Shown: positions 1-8,431, counted from the stretch's first letter. The stretch: DNA of 32,000 bases from Acaryochloris marina MBIC11017 (GCF_000018105.1 NC_009925.1:750001-782000); one strand, 5' to 3'. A program made the numbers and translations. The notes: generated from the sequence alone by a model not told the origin.

Positions 1-140
1 TCTACCGAATAATTACGGAGTGCAAAGGTTTTTCTAGGAGAATTTTCGGAGTAAGCAAAATGTCTATGAAGAGTAAAAAAAAGAACGTCAAAAAGTTCCG
101 TATTTATACGGAGGTCTTCTCGTCATCAATACCATGCCAC

Positions 141-169
141 TATAAAACCGACAGGCTAAATCCCGTCGG
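141..169 (-). terminator. Hairpin plus T-tract, second of two tandem terminator-like hairpins downstream of modBC
   Basis: The minus strand reads CCGACGGG-ATTTAG-CCTGTCGG followed by TTTTAT. This is an 8-bp stem containing one G-U pair. The stem sequence is nearly identical to the hairpin at 192-216. Confidence 0.35.
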
Positions 170-180
170 TGCGCCGTTTT

Positions 181-216
181 CAAAAAAAACACCGACAAGC
201 TGAACCAACCTGTCGG
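181..216 (-). terminator. Rho-independent terminator (minus strand), about 150 nt downstream of the modBC stop
   Basis: The minus strand reads CCGACAGG-TTGGTTCAG-CTTGTCGG-TG-TTTTTTTT. This is an 8-bp GC-rich stem (one G-U pair), a 9-nt loop and an 8-T tract. Confidence 0.55.
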
Positions 217-363
217 ACGTATGTGTGTTCCCCAATGACGACTCAGATAGCACTAAGTCTTCTTTAATATCGCTGTAATAAATGGAAGTTAGTGTGATCT
301 AAATCACCTTAACTAAGCAATCTTTATCACTTACAAAAATAGCCAAGAAAAAGAGGGAAATCA

Positions 364-2166
364 CTACTCCCGAAGTAATAAAATGTTCATGGGGTCAAGG
401 GTAATAGACCAGGGAAAAGGCAGATTTTTGAGCTGTTGCCATTTATCTTTGAATACTTCAGCCTGAAGATAGTAATCTTCTGCGTGGGTGGGAGGAGAAT
501 GGAGTTTTAAATAAAGGGTCATCCGGTGAGGAGTTTCCCGGGTCATCGCTAGCCAGCCTAGAAAAGTATTACTAGGGGGCGTTACGGGTACTTCTAAATC
601 TAAAAACCGAATTTGATGGGCTCGAATACCAATTTGAGAATGGTGGGGCCGAATAGGCTCCAAGGTTTGTAGGGGGCACTCCCAGTCCAGGGCAAATACC
701 TCTTCCGGGCCACTCTGCTGGATGCGGGAGAAGTTTTTACAGCCCGTCAGTTGGGCAATACTGAGGGTTTCGGGCTGTTCTAGGATTTGATGTTTGGGGC
801 GTAAGGTAGAGGGTTTGCCTTGCTCCACCACCATCAACTGATCACAGAGTCGATAGGCTTCTTCCACATTGTGAGTGACCCACAGGGTCATGCCATCAAA
901 AGTAGATAGACGAGATACCATCCCTTTCTCGATCTGGTTACGAAGGTGGGTATCTAAGGCTGAGAAGGGTTCATCAAACAGCAAGAGTTGGGGCCGACTT
1001 GCGAGGGCCCGAGCGAGGGCTACCCGCTGTTGCTGTCCTCCAGATAATTCCTGGGGCAAGCGGTGGCCGTAGTCAGCCAACTGCAGCGGTGCTAAGTGGG
1101 ATGTCACTTTAGTGGTATTTAACGATCGCCCTGCTGATAAGGCAAAGGCAATATTCTCAGCAGCGGTGAGGTGGGGGAACAAGGCATAGTTTTGGAACAG
1201 GATGCCAATGTTGCGATCGCAACTCGGTATATTAATACCCTGCGCAGAATCAAACAGCACTCGACCATTCAGAACAATCCTGCCCCGATCAGGAGTCTCA
1301 ATGCCAGCAATACAGCGAAGGAGCATACTTTTTCCAGCCCCTGACGCTCCCAACACCCCCAGAGTCGTTTCTTGGGTTTGGAAGGAGATATCCAGCTGGA
1401 ATCCAGCCACTCGCTTTTGCAAATCAACCCATAAGCCCTGATCAGCAGACGAGTAGGAAGCATCTGGGAGCAATCTGGGTCTCAAAGGGCGGCGACGACG
1501 GAACTTTAGACAGCGAGGTTTTTGACTGAGCCAAAGATTCACCCCCACCAGGAATCCTAAACTAACGAAAAGAGTGAAGCTGCACCAAATCAATGCTTCC
1601 TCAACGGCCCCACCTTCAACGGCAAAATAAATGGCCATTGGAATGGTTTGAGTCTGCCCTGGAATATTCCCCGCCAACATCAGGGTGGCGCCAAATTCCC
1701 CCAGGGCTCGGGCAAAGGCCAGACTTGTACCGGCCAATATGCCTGGCCCTGCCAAGGGTAAGATCACTTGTCGAAATACGGTCCATTCGGATGCCCCCAA
1801 CGTGCGAGCCGCCGCTGGCAGATTGGGATCGAGCTGTTGGAAAGCCCCCAACGCGGTTTTGTATTGCAAAGGGAAAGATACGACCGTCGCTGTAATCACA
1901 GCAGCATACCAAGTAAATACAGGGTTCAATCCCAAAGGGGTTAAGAGCCGACCGATGGGACCTTGAGTCCCCAGAAGGAAGAGGAGCATAAACCCCAACA
2001 CAGTGGGGGGTAGGACCAAAGGGATCAGGAGGATACTCTCCATCACCGCTTTGCCATTGCCCCGATAGCGGTGCATGGCGTAGGCCACTGCCACTCCCGA
2101 GATAAAAGTGATACCCGTTGCGATCGCAGCAATCCTCAAAGAGGTCCACAGGGGGGCAATGTTCAC
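364..2166 (-). CDS. modBC: Fused molybdate ABC transporter permease/ATPase (ModB-ModC fusion)
   Basis: 600-aa ORF with a GTG start 3 nt after the modA stop. The N-terminal ~215 aa are polytopic and resemble the ModB/CysTW permease type (EFGATLMLAGNIPG loop). The C-terminal half has Walker A GASGAGKS, ABC signature LSGGQQQRVALARAL and Walker B LLLFDEPFSALD, followed by a TOBE-like tail. Fused modBC is known in cyanobacteria. Confidence 0.9.
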   Translation of the reverse strand: MNIAPLWTSLRIAAIATGITFISGVAVAYAMHRYRGNGKAVMESILLIPLVLPPTVLGFMLLFLLGTQGPIGRLLTPLGLNPVFTWYAAVITATVVSFPLQYKTALGAFQQLDPNLPAAARTLGASEWTVFRQVILPLAGPGILAGTSLAFARALGEFGATLMLAGNIPGQTQTIPMAIYFAVEGGAVEEALIWCSFTLFVSLGFLVGVNLWLSQKPRCLKFRRRRPLRPRLLPDASYSSADQGLWVDLQKRVAGFQLDISFQTQETTLGVLGASGAGKSMLLRCIAGIETPDRGRIVLNGRVLFDSAQGINIPSCDRNIGILFQNYALFPHLTAAENIAFALSAGRSLNTTKVTSHLAPLQLADYGHRLPQELSGGQQQRVALARALASRPQLLLFDEPFSALDTHLRNQIEKGMVSRLSTFDGMTLWVTHNVEEAYRLCDQLMVVEQGKPSTLRPKHQILEQPETLSIAQLTGCKNFSRIQQSGPEEVFALDWECPLQTLEPIRPHHSQIGIRAHQIRFLDLEVPVTPPSNTFLGWLAMTRETPHRMTLYLKLHSPPTHAEDYYLQAEVFKDKWQQLKNLPFPWSITLDPMNILLLRE

Positions 2167-2169
2167 AGG

Positions 2170-2949
2170 TCAATCCTTCGACACTAAACCAAATCCAGCC
2201 TGGGTGAAGCGATCTTGCGCTTCAGGCGTGGATAAAAAATCGATAAAAGATTGAGCCGTCTGGGGCTGGGAGCTTGCAGCCACAATCGCAATCGGATAGA
2301 CAATAGGAGAATGGCTTTGGGCTGGGGCAAGGGCCACCTGCTTCACCCGGTCGGACTGGCGCACATCCGTGGCATAGACAATACCGGCATCTACATTGGC
2401 ACTGGCCACCGCCGCCAGAACCCCACGCACGTTATTAGCAAAAATCAGCTTAGCCTGAAGCTGTTGAGATAAATCGAGTTTCGCAAACACTTCTTGGGCA
2501 TATTGTCCCGCTGGCACACTCGCTCGTTCCCCCACCATAATTTTTTTAACTTGGGGTGACGTTAACTGCTGAAACCCAGTCAGAGACATCTGAGACTGCT
2601 CAGGCACAATTAGAGCAAGTTGGTTCGTAACCACAGACCGATGGGAGTCTTGGGTAATGAGCTGCTGTTCCAGCAGACGATTGATGGGTTGAGGCGCAGC
2701 GGAAAAGAACACATCCACAGGTGCCCCTTGCTCTATTTGGCGCTGTAAGACCCCCGAGGCCGCAAAATTAAAGGTGAGATCCACCTGGGGATATGCCTTC
2801 TCAAATTCGGGTTCTAGGGTTTGTAAAACGGTTCGCAGACTGGAAGCAGCAGATATCCTGAGCTGTCGGGTTTGAGGGAGAAGTTGACATCCCCCCAAGA
2901 TTAACGCCCCTAGGCTGATTATCAGTTGTGGGGCGGGAAGTTTCACCAT
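2170..2949 (-). CDS. modA: Periplasmic molybdate-binding protein ModA
   Basis: 259 aa with a lipoprotein-like signal (LGALILGGC). It carries ModA-type motifs ISAASSL, NFAASGVLQRQIEQGAPVDVFFSAA and VYATDV. It lies directly upstream of modBC. Confidence 0.88.
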   Translation of the reverse strand: MVKLPAPQLIISLGALILGGCQLLPQTRQLRISAASSLRTVLQTLEPEFEKAYPQVDLTFNFAASGVLQRQIEQGAPVDVFFSAAPQPINRLLEQQLITQDSHRSVVTNQLALIVPEQSQMSLTGFQQLTSPQVKKIMVGERASVPAGQYAQEVFAKLDLSQQLQAKLIFANNVRGVLAAVASANVDAGIVYATDVRQSDRVKQVALAPAQSHSPIVYPIAIVAASSQPQTAQSFIDFLSTPEAQDRFTQAGFGLVSKD

Positions 2950-3120
2950 GCTGAAGCTGTAAAGGAGGATGCCTTTATCCTAGAGGCAAAAAGACCTGTG
3001 TAAATTCCAGGAGAACACAGTGATTTTTCTCTGGTCAAATTCATTATAAATACCGAAGCGTAAGGCTTTCAGATGAGGCAAATTTGTGTATACGAACACG
3101 TTTTCCCTTGGATCACACAC

Positions 3121-3336
3121 ATGTATAATCCCTCTTTGACAGAAGAAAACCGTAATCAGGTTAGCCCCGTAATTGCACCTCGCAAAAATACGTCTCTATA
3201 TGACTGGTTAGAAGAGAATGGTCGCTTCCGCAAAAACGACAACTCCGATTTCGACTGGTCTACGGACGATGAAGAGCTGCTTTCGGAATATTCCAGCAGC
3301 AACGAAGAAGCAAGCTATGTCCCCAAGGCTGCATAA
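3121..3336 (+). CDS. Small acidic hypothetical protein (conserved cyanobacterial type, possibly DUF3134-like)
   Basis: The ORF runs 3073-3336. The internal ATG at 3121 gives MYNPSLTEENRNQVSPVIAPRK...LYDWLEENGRF followed by an acidic Ser/Glu tail. The family name is from memory only. Confidence 0.45.
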   Translation: MYNPSLTEENRNQVSPVIAPRKNTSLYDWLEENGRFRKNDNSDFDWSTDDEELLSEYSSSNEEASYVPKAA

Positions 3337-3394
3337 AACGATTGTTTGTCTTGGAAGGATATGGGTATCCCCAATCTGGACCGGTGAGATCAAC

Positions 3395-3985
3395 TCAACT
3401 GATCTTGCCAGATGTGCTTCCCATAGAATTGACGCGATCTAATAGGCTCAATAGCAGTTGATCCATCACCTGGGAAGCCTTGAGTTGCAAGGTAGCTTCA
3501 CGATGGGAGTACCATTGCCACTCTTGATACTCCTTCGGATCAAGGCAAAGGAGTGGCCTCTCTGAATCAGTCAATGCGACTAAATAGGTGAGATTGAGGC
3601 TGTGTAAGCCCCGATCCTGGGGGGCTTGCTGCCGATGGGCAAAACAGGTGGAATAGACGCCCACAAACTGGAATCGATCGGTTGTGATCGCAAGTCCTGC
3701 TTCTTCCTTCGCTTTCCGCTGGACAGCTTGTAAGGGGGACTCTCCGGCGATCATACGTCCGCCAATCACCCACCAAGATTTTTGAGGATAGGTACTGCGT
3801 TTTGCTAATAACACCTGATGTTGATGGGTAAAGACTAAATCAACACAAGTAATGACCAAATGATCCAGGGCTTGGCTAAAGACCTCTGTTGGTAATCTGG
3901 CATCAAGTTCAGCCTGATAGGTGCGTTCTGGCTCATGATAATGGGGCACCTGACCAGGAGAGTTAGGTTGCTTTGATAAAGACAT
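3395..3985 (-). CDS. NUDIX hydrolase
   Basis: The Nudix box is GGRMIAGESPLQAVQRKAKEEAGL (GX5EX7R[K]UXEEXGU, with RE changed to RK). I chose the ATG at 3985 because the longer ORF to 4096 would overlap the upstream DUF423 gene by about 100 nt. Confidence 0.8.
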   Translation of the reverse strand: MSLSKQPNSPGQVPHYHEPERTYQAELDARLPTEVFSQALDHLVITCVDLVFTHQHQVLLAKRSTYPQKSWWVIGGRMIAGESPLQAVQRKAKEEAGLAITTDRFQFVGVYSTCFAHRQQAPQDRGLHSLNLTYLVALTDSERPLLCLDPKEYQEWQWYSHREATLQLKASQVMDQLLLSLLDRVNSMGSTSGKIS

Positions 3986-3999
3986 TGCAGGAGTCCTAG

Positions 4000-4386
4000 C
4001 TAGCTGATAGGAGATGATTTTAAGGCTGCGATCGCAATGCATCCCCACCCGACTAAAAAGGCAACACCTCCTAATGGGGTAATGGGGCCAAACCACTTGA
4101 TCTCAGATAGGCTCAATCCATAGAGGCTGCCAGAAAATAGAACGATACCGGCCATAAAGGCATAGCCTGCCAGGGTCAGTAATCCTTCTCCTCCTTCTGC
4201 CCGACTCAACAGCAGTGATACCAGGATCAAAGCGAGAGCATGATACATCTGATACTTAGTGCCAGTCTCAAAAATCTGTTGTGACTTTTCACTAAGTTGA
4301 GCTTTGAGAGCATGGGAGGCAAAAGCCCCTGCTGCCACTGAAAGGCCACCGAAAGCAGCACCAGCCATTAGGAATATTTTCGCCAT
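4000..4386 (-). CDS. DUF423 (YgdD/UPF0382-like) small membrane protein
   Basis: 128 aa with four predicted TM helices. The N-terminus GAAFGGLSVAAGAFASHAL and the motifs YQMYHALAL and GIVLFSGSLY are typical of DUF423. Confidence 0.75.
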   Translation of the reverse strand: MAKIFLMAGAAFGGLSVAAGAFASHALKAQLSEKSQQIFETGTKYQMYHALALILVSLLLSRAEGGEGLLTLAGYAFMAGIVLFSGSLYGLSLSEIKWFGPITPLGGVAFLVGWGCIAIAALKSSPIS

Positions 4387-4723
4387 GAATTCCTGATTCT
4401 CTTGATGAAAGTAACATTATGGATCATGGCATTGTTTTAATTCATCTTTATGATCCATTCAGGCATGATGCAAGGCGCTACCCCCAAAGTCATCCTGGTG
4501 CGTTCTACCCTGGCAACCTACCTAAATATTCAATCGACCTGTACTCAATAGCTGATAGCCCCCCACAAAACATCTAAAAGATATACAGAACTACCACAAG
4601 CTTGTGGGATTGAGAACCGCGTGACTGCCAAAGAAAATCAGTAGCACTCCAATTCCCATCAGAATCCATCCGAACATTTTTCTCATCTAGGCAGCAGAGA
4701 GAAAACTCAAGAACTCCTACTTT

Positions 4724-5251
4724 TCATGATGGGTAGGGTGGAACTTGGGGCAGAATAAGCTGCATGATGGCAACATCTTGCCAGCGATCGGCAACATGCC
4801 CAACTTCTCTTTGCACACCGACCATTTCAAACCCAAAGCTTTTGTGGAAGGCAATGCTGTCATCATTGGTCGCGACAATTTTTACGACTACGTGGTGATA
4901 TCCTAGCCCAACCACCTTTTGCAGTAGAGCCGTTTGCATCATTTTCCCTAACCCTTGGCCCTTTTCTGCAAAGGTCAGATAAATCGATGTTTCGCAGCAG
5001 ATCCGATACCCAGGGCGATCGCTATATTGTTTGACGATGCCCCAGCCTAGAACCTGCTGTTGACGCTCAATGACCAACAGACATTCGCGATCGCAAAATT
5101 TATTCACCCAGGCTTGAATATCTGACGCTTCGAATTGACGAGTATCGAAGGTGATACTGCCTGTTGCGATCGCTTCATTGTATATAGATGCGATCGCAGC
5201 ATAATCCGCTGATGTACTTGCTCGAATCTGAACCGGCTCTGAGTCTGACAT
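4724..5251 (-). CDS. GNAT N-acetyltransferase, phosphinothricin/methionine-sulfoximine acetyltransferase-like
   Basis: IRASTSADYAAIASIYNEAIATGSITFDT is a PAT-like N-terminus. The acetyl-CoA loop is EKGQGLGKMM. The ATG at 5251 is preferred over the TTG at 5272. Confidence 0.8.
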   Translation of the reverse strand: MSDSEPVQIRASTSADYAAIASIYNEAIATGSITFDTRQFEASDIQAWVNKFCDRECLLVIERQQQVLGWGIVKQYSDRPGYRICCETSIYLTFAEKGQGLGKMMQTALLQKVVGLGYHHVVVKIVATNDDSIAFHKSFGFEMVGVQREVGHVADRWQDVAIMQLILPQVPPYPS

Positions 5252-5521
5252 GTAAGGCGTTTTCCCTGGCAACTCAAGCCAGTTCTAGCACGTCTAGGTA
5301 GACAAGTTATACCTCCCTCATGGATAGGAAAATATCTCTCCTAGGGCAGGGGGACTAATGAGGGAAGTACAAAGTTCCAAATAAGATTATTTTTGGGAAT
5401 AAAGTACTAAAATTTTAATTATAAGACTCTAATAGATTATTTCGTTTCCATTTATTTAAGCTGGAACCAAAATAATCGGCTATCCATCATTTATCACTGA
5501 AAATCATTTTTGGTGACCTGT

Positions 5522-6883
5522 ATGATGACACCCTCACAACAATGGAAATCTTCAACCGCTGCACTTTTGAGTTTGGGTCTCTCTTCTGCATTGGCTAGTC
5601 CCTTCCTAGTTCAATCCACCGTTCTTGCCCAAACTCGCTTTTCAGATACTACGGGGCATTGGGCTCAAAGCTGTATTCAATCCCTGGCCCAACGCAACAT
5701 TATCAATGGCTATCCCAATGGAGAGTTTCGTCCCAATGCTCCAGTGACTCGGGCCGAGTACGCAATAATGGTCGTCAATGCATTTCCCAATGCAGCTCGA
5801 AGCCGCAGTGCTCGTTCCTTTACAGATGTTCGGTCTAACTTTTGGGCAGCCAACGCCATTCGGACCGCCTCCCAAACAGGATTCCTGACAGGATATCCCA
5901 GTGGTGAGTTTCGGCCTGCTCAGCAAATTCCTCGAACTCAGGTATTGGTTTCTCTCAATAACGGTTTAGGATATTCGCCCACAGGATCCATTAATGCCAC
6001 CCTCGGCAACACCTATGCCGATGCCAGTGCGATACCGAATTATGCACGAGGAGCGATCGCATCCGCAACCCAACGCCAGCTTGTCGTCAACTATCCCGAT
6101 GTCCGCTACCTGAATCCCAACAGCCGAGCCACTCGCGCTGAAGTGGCCGCCTTCCTTTGCCAAACCCTGAAAAACCCTCAACAAGCCTCTCTTATTTCTG
6201 GGAATTACATTGCTGGTTCCCCAGCAGAAGGCCTACAAGCCAGAACCGATATTCCAGTTGTCTACGATGTCGCCAAGAAAGTGATTGTCTCTCCCCAAGA
6301 GACAGCTCCTTTAAACGTCAAAGTCACCGAAGATATCAAAGATAATCGGGGAAATACAGTTATTCCTAGAGGCAGCTCTATTCTGGGAGAACTGCAACCT
6401 CAAGGGAGTGGCACTCAATTTGTAGCCCGTGAGGTCGTGATTGATGGCAACTCCTACCCATTAGAAGCTTCGTCTGGAATTATTACCCGTACTGTGAGTG
6501 CCCGCGATCCGAATTTATTAGCCCTAGCCCGCAATGCAGTATTAGGGGCTGGCGCGGCAGCTGGCCTGTCCACTGTCATTGGTGATGGCACCATCACAGC
6601 GGAAAAAGTACTGACTGGAGCCGCTGTGGGAACGGCGATTGAAACCAATCGGAATCGTCCTTGGCAATCGGTGGCGAGAGACTCTGCCCTGGGAGCCGCA
6701 GCAGCGGCTGGCTTATCCGCCGTTATTGGCGATCGCACTATTACAGCCGAAAAAATTCTGGCCGGGGCCGCTTCGGGGGCCACCATTGGTGGGGTGATTG
6801 ATCCAGCCCTACAGGAAGTGATTGTGATTGATTCACAAACTGACCTCAACCTACAGCTAGAGCACCCCTTTAGCTTGAGCTAG
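5522..6883 (+). CDS. Secreted S-layer-homology (3x SLH) domain protein with a duplicated Gly/Ala-rich C-terminal module
   Basis: There is a signal peptide followed by three SLH repeats (FSDTTGHWA..GYPNGEFRPNAPVTRAE; FTDVRSNFWA..GYPSGEFRP; YADASAIPNYA..ATRAEVA). The C-terminus carries two 38-aa repeats with a 49-aa period. The ATG at 5522 is preferred over the TTG at 5510. Confidence 0.85.
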   Translation: MMTPSQQWKSSTAALLSLGLSSALASPFLVQSTVLAQTRFSDTTGHWAQSCIQSLAQRNIINGYPNGEFRPNAPVTRAEYAIMVVNAFPNAARSRSARSFTDVRSNFWAANAIRTASQTGFLTGYPSGEFRPAQQIPRTQVLVSLNNGLGYSPTGSINATLGNTYADASAIPNYARGAIASATQRQLVVNYPDVRYLNPNSRATRAEVAAFLCQTLKNPQQASLISGNYIAGSPAEGLQARTDIPVVYDVAKKVIVSPQETAPLNVKVTEDIKDNRGNTVIPRGSSILGELQPQGSGTQFVAREVVIDGNSYPLEASSGIITRTVSARDPNLLALARNAVLGAGAAAGLSTVIGDGTITAEKVLTGAAVGTAIETNRNRPWQSVARDSALGAAAAAGLSAVIGDRTITAEKILAGAASGATIGGVIDPALQEVIVIDSQTDLNLQLEHPFSLS

Positions 6884-6907
6884 CGATTGCGCTTGATTCA
6901 TTGACGG

Positions 6908-6956
6908 GCCAGTCAGTCTTTATGCCAGTGGAGAGACTGACTGGCTCTCCCTTTTT
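6908..6956 (+). terminator. Rho-independent terminator of the SLH gene
   Basis: There is a perfect 12-bp stem, GCCAGTCAGTCT (6908-6919) paired with AGACTGACTGGC (6934-6945), with a 14-nt loop. It is followed by TCTCCCTTTTT. Confidence 0.8.
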
Positions 6957-7405
6957 AAAGGTGATTTTCTCCAAGCAAATAAATATAAATTCAGCTTTTC
7001 TGGCTGCTTAGGATAAAAATCATCTGTTTATAGTCAGCTATGGCTTTTAATCCATAGTATTCAAAATATATCTCTTAGCCGAATATACTAATCACTTTAA
7101 AATGAGTAATGACTAGTAATTATTACTCAAAAAATTAGATTTATGTGATCTCACTAAGAGGCAATATTTTATTTCATAAAATAATATTTATGTTTTTTTA
7201 TGAAACTCTATAGTAAGCACTTTTTCACCAAGTCTTTAATGCTTATTCATGTAATTTTCATCACTTCACGAAATTAAAATCATCTGTAATAATCACTAAC
7301 GTTGGTGTGAGCATCTGCATTATTCTGCATACATTCTGATTGCAGAAAAATATTTCTTAGAAGAAAAAATGAATTCAAGTACTTCACCTATATGAAGGAA
7401 TCAAG

Positions 7406-8431
7406 ATGAAAAAAGTCCTGGCCCACATTAATCTAAAGAAGAAAGAATTTGCGCAGCTACCATTGTTTGAGTTCCTTCAAGATCAAACCATCGATCCAAG
7501 GCAAAGATTGGCCTTTGCACCTTGCATTGCACCGTTTGCCATGAGTTTTGGAGAACTCAATCGCAACGTCTTTCGGGTTGAGCCAACGACAGATGAAATC
7601 CAGAAGATTATCAATGTCCATACCTATGAAGATGATCATCATTGGCCATGGCTACTGAGTGATATGGAAAAGCTAAGGTTTAATCCCACCTTGAGCTTTA
7701 ATCAATCCTTAGAGTTTCTCTGGAATCAGCAAACGGTTAATGCCCGGGCAGCCGCATACTATCTGTACAATGCGACCTATAAAGCCAGTCCCGTGCGGAA
7801 GTTCACGATTATTGAGGCGACAGAATCCACTGGGAATATTTTGTTAGCCAATTCTGCAATGCCCGCTCACGAACTGTCTCAAGAGACCAATGATGACTAT
7901 GAGTATTTTGGGGCGGGTCATTTAGAAGTGGATACGGGGCATACCTTTTGCTCTACAGAGTCTCGTCAAGTCATTGAAGCGGTCGAGCTTTCGGAAGAGG
8001 AGCGTGACGCTGCGATTGTTGCAGTCGATCAGACCTTTGACGTGTTTACGAACTTAATGAATGAGTTATTGGCGTTTGCCCAGCAAGCCAATATTCAGCC
8101 TGAAGCTCCGCTAGAACATGAATATCTTGACTATCTCAAAGGGGTCAACCATAACAATCTCTATACTGACCGCCAACCCACCTCAGCGCCGTCGATACCG
8201 GTCAATACCAATCTCAAACCTCTAGGTTGTTATCTATTGGAAGCGAATTTAGTGACTCATGCTCAGCTTGAGGAAGTCTTACAAGAGCAACAATCAGACC
8301 ATAAGCCAATTGGTAATCTGTTAGCTGAAAAAGGCTGGATTCACCAGAATACAGTCGAGTACATGATGAAAAATATTATTCAGCCTCACCGAAAGTATCA
8401 ACAGCAAGCATCTATTATCAATGTCGGCTAA
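7406..8431 (+). CDS. Hypothetical protein: heme-oxygenase-like diiron (HDO-like) N-terminal domain fused to an MshEN/T2SSE_N-like C-terminal domain
   Basis: 341 aa with an AAGGA ribosome-binding site before the ATG. Candidate metal ligands are E75-x2-H78, E137/E140 and H172-x3-D176-x2-H179. The C-terminal residues 272-324 form two 24-aa xLGxxLLxxGLLxxxxLxxxLxxQ-like repeats separated by 5 aa. The gene and both flanks are visibly AT-rich. Confidence 0.6.
   Translation: MKKVLAHINLKKKEFAQLPLFEFLQDQTIDPRQRLAFAPCIAPFAMSFGELNRNVFRVEPTTDEIQKIINVHTYEDDHHWPWLLSDMEKLRFNPTLSFNQSLEFLWNQQTVNARAAAYYLYNATYKASPVRKFTIIEATESTGNILLANSAMPAHELSQETNDDYEYFGAGHLEVDTGHTFCSTESRQVIEAVELSEEERDAAIVAVDQTFDVFTNLMNELLAFAQQANIQPEAPLEHEYLDYLKGVNHNNLYTDRQPTSAPSIPVNTNLKPLGCYLLEANLVTHAQLEEVLQEQQSDHKPIGNLLAEKGWIHQNTVEYMMKNIIQPHRKYQQQASIINVG

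Noticed and set aside
59-214. 51-aa plus-strand ORF (MSMKSKKKNVKKF...) in the first 363 nt
   Set aside because: It is Lys-rich and low-complexity, and it runs straight through the two terminator-like hairpins. It is more likely non-coding.
1616-2173. 185-aa alternative-frame ORF (and several 60-100-aa ORFs) within modBC
   Set aside because: They overlap the well-supported ModB-ModC frame and have no independent motifs.
2950-3072. Possible molybdenum-cofactor riboswitch or ModE operator upstream of modA
   Set aside because: The leader is only about 120 nt. I could not find the conserved Moco-motif elements or a convincing ModE-type inverted repeat. Only a small AGGAT...ATCCT hairpin is present.
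3986-4096. N-terminal extensions given by the ORF track. Examples: NUDIX to 4096, GNAT from 10053, nadK from 10912, msrP to 30866, DUF192 to 22934, PD-(D/E)xK to 21163.
   Set aside because: Each extension overlaps the neighbouring gene substantially, often starts at TTG, and has non-protein-like sequence. Internal ATG/GTG starts give N-termini typical of the families.
6454-6849. 131-aa antisense ORF inside the SLH gene
   Set aside because: It is an artefact of Ala/Gly-rich (GCN/GGN) repeats, which leave the complementary strand open. The sense frame carries the SLH domains and the internal repeat.
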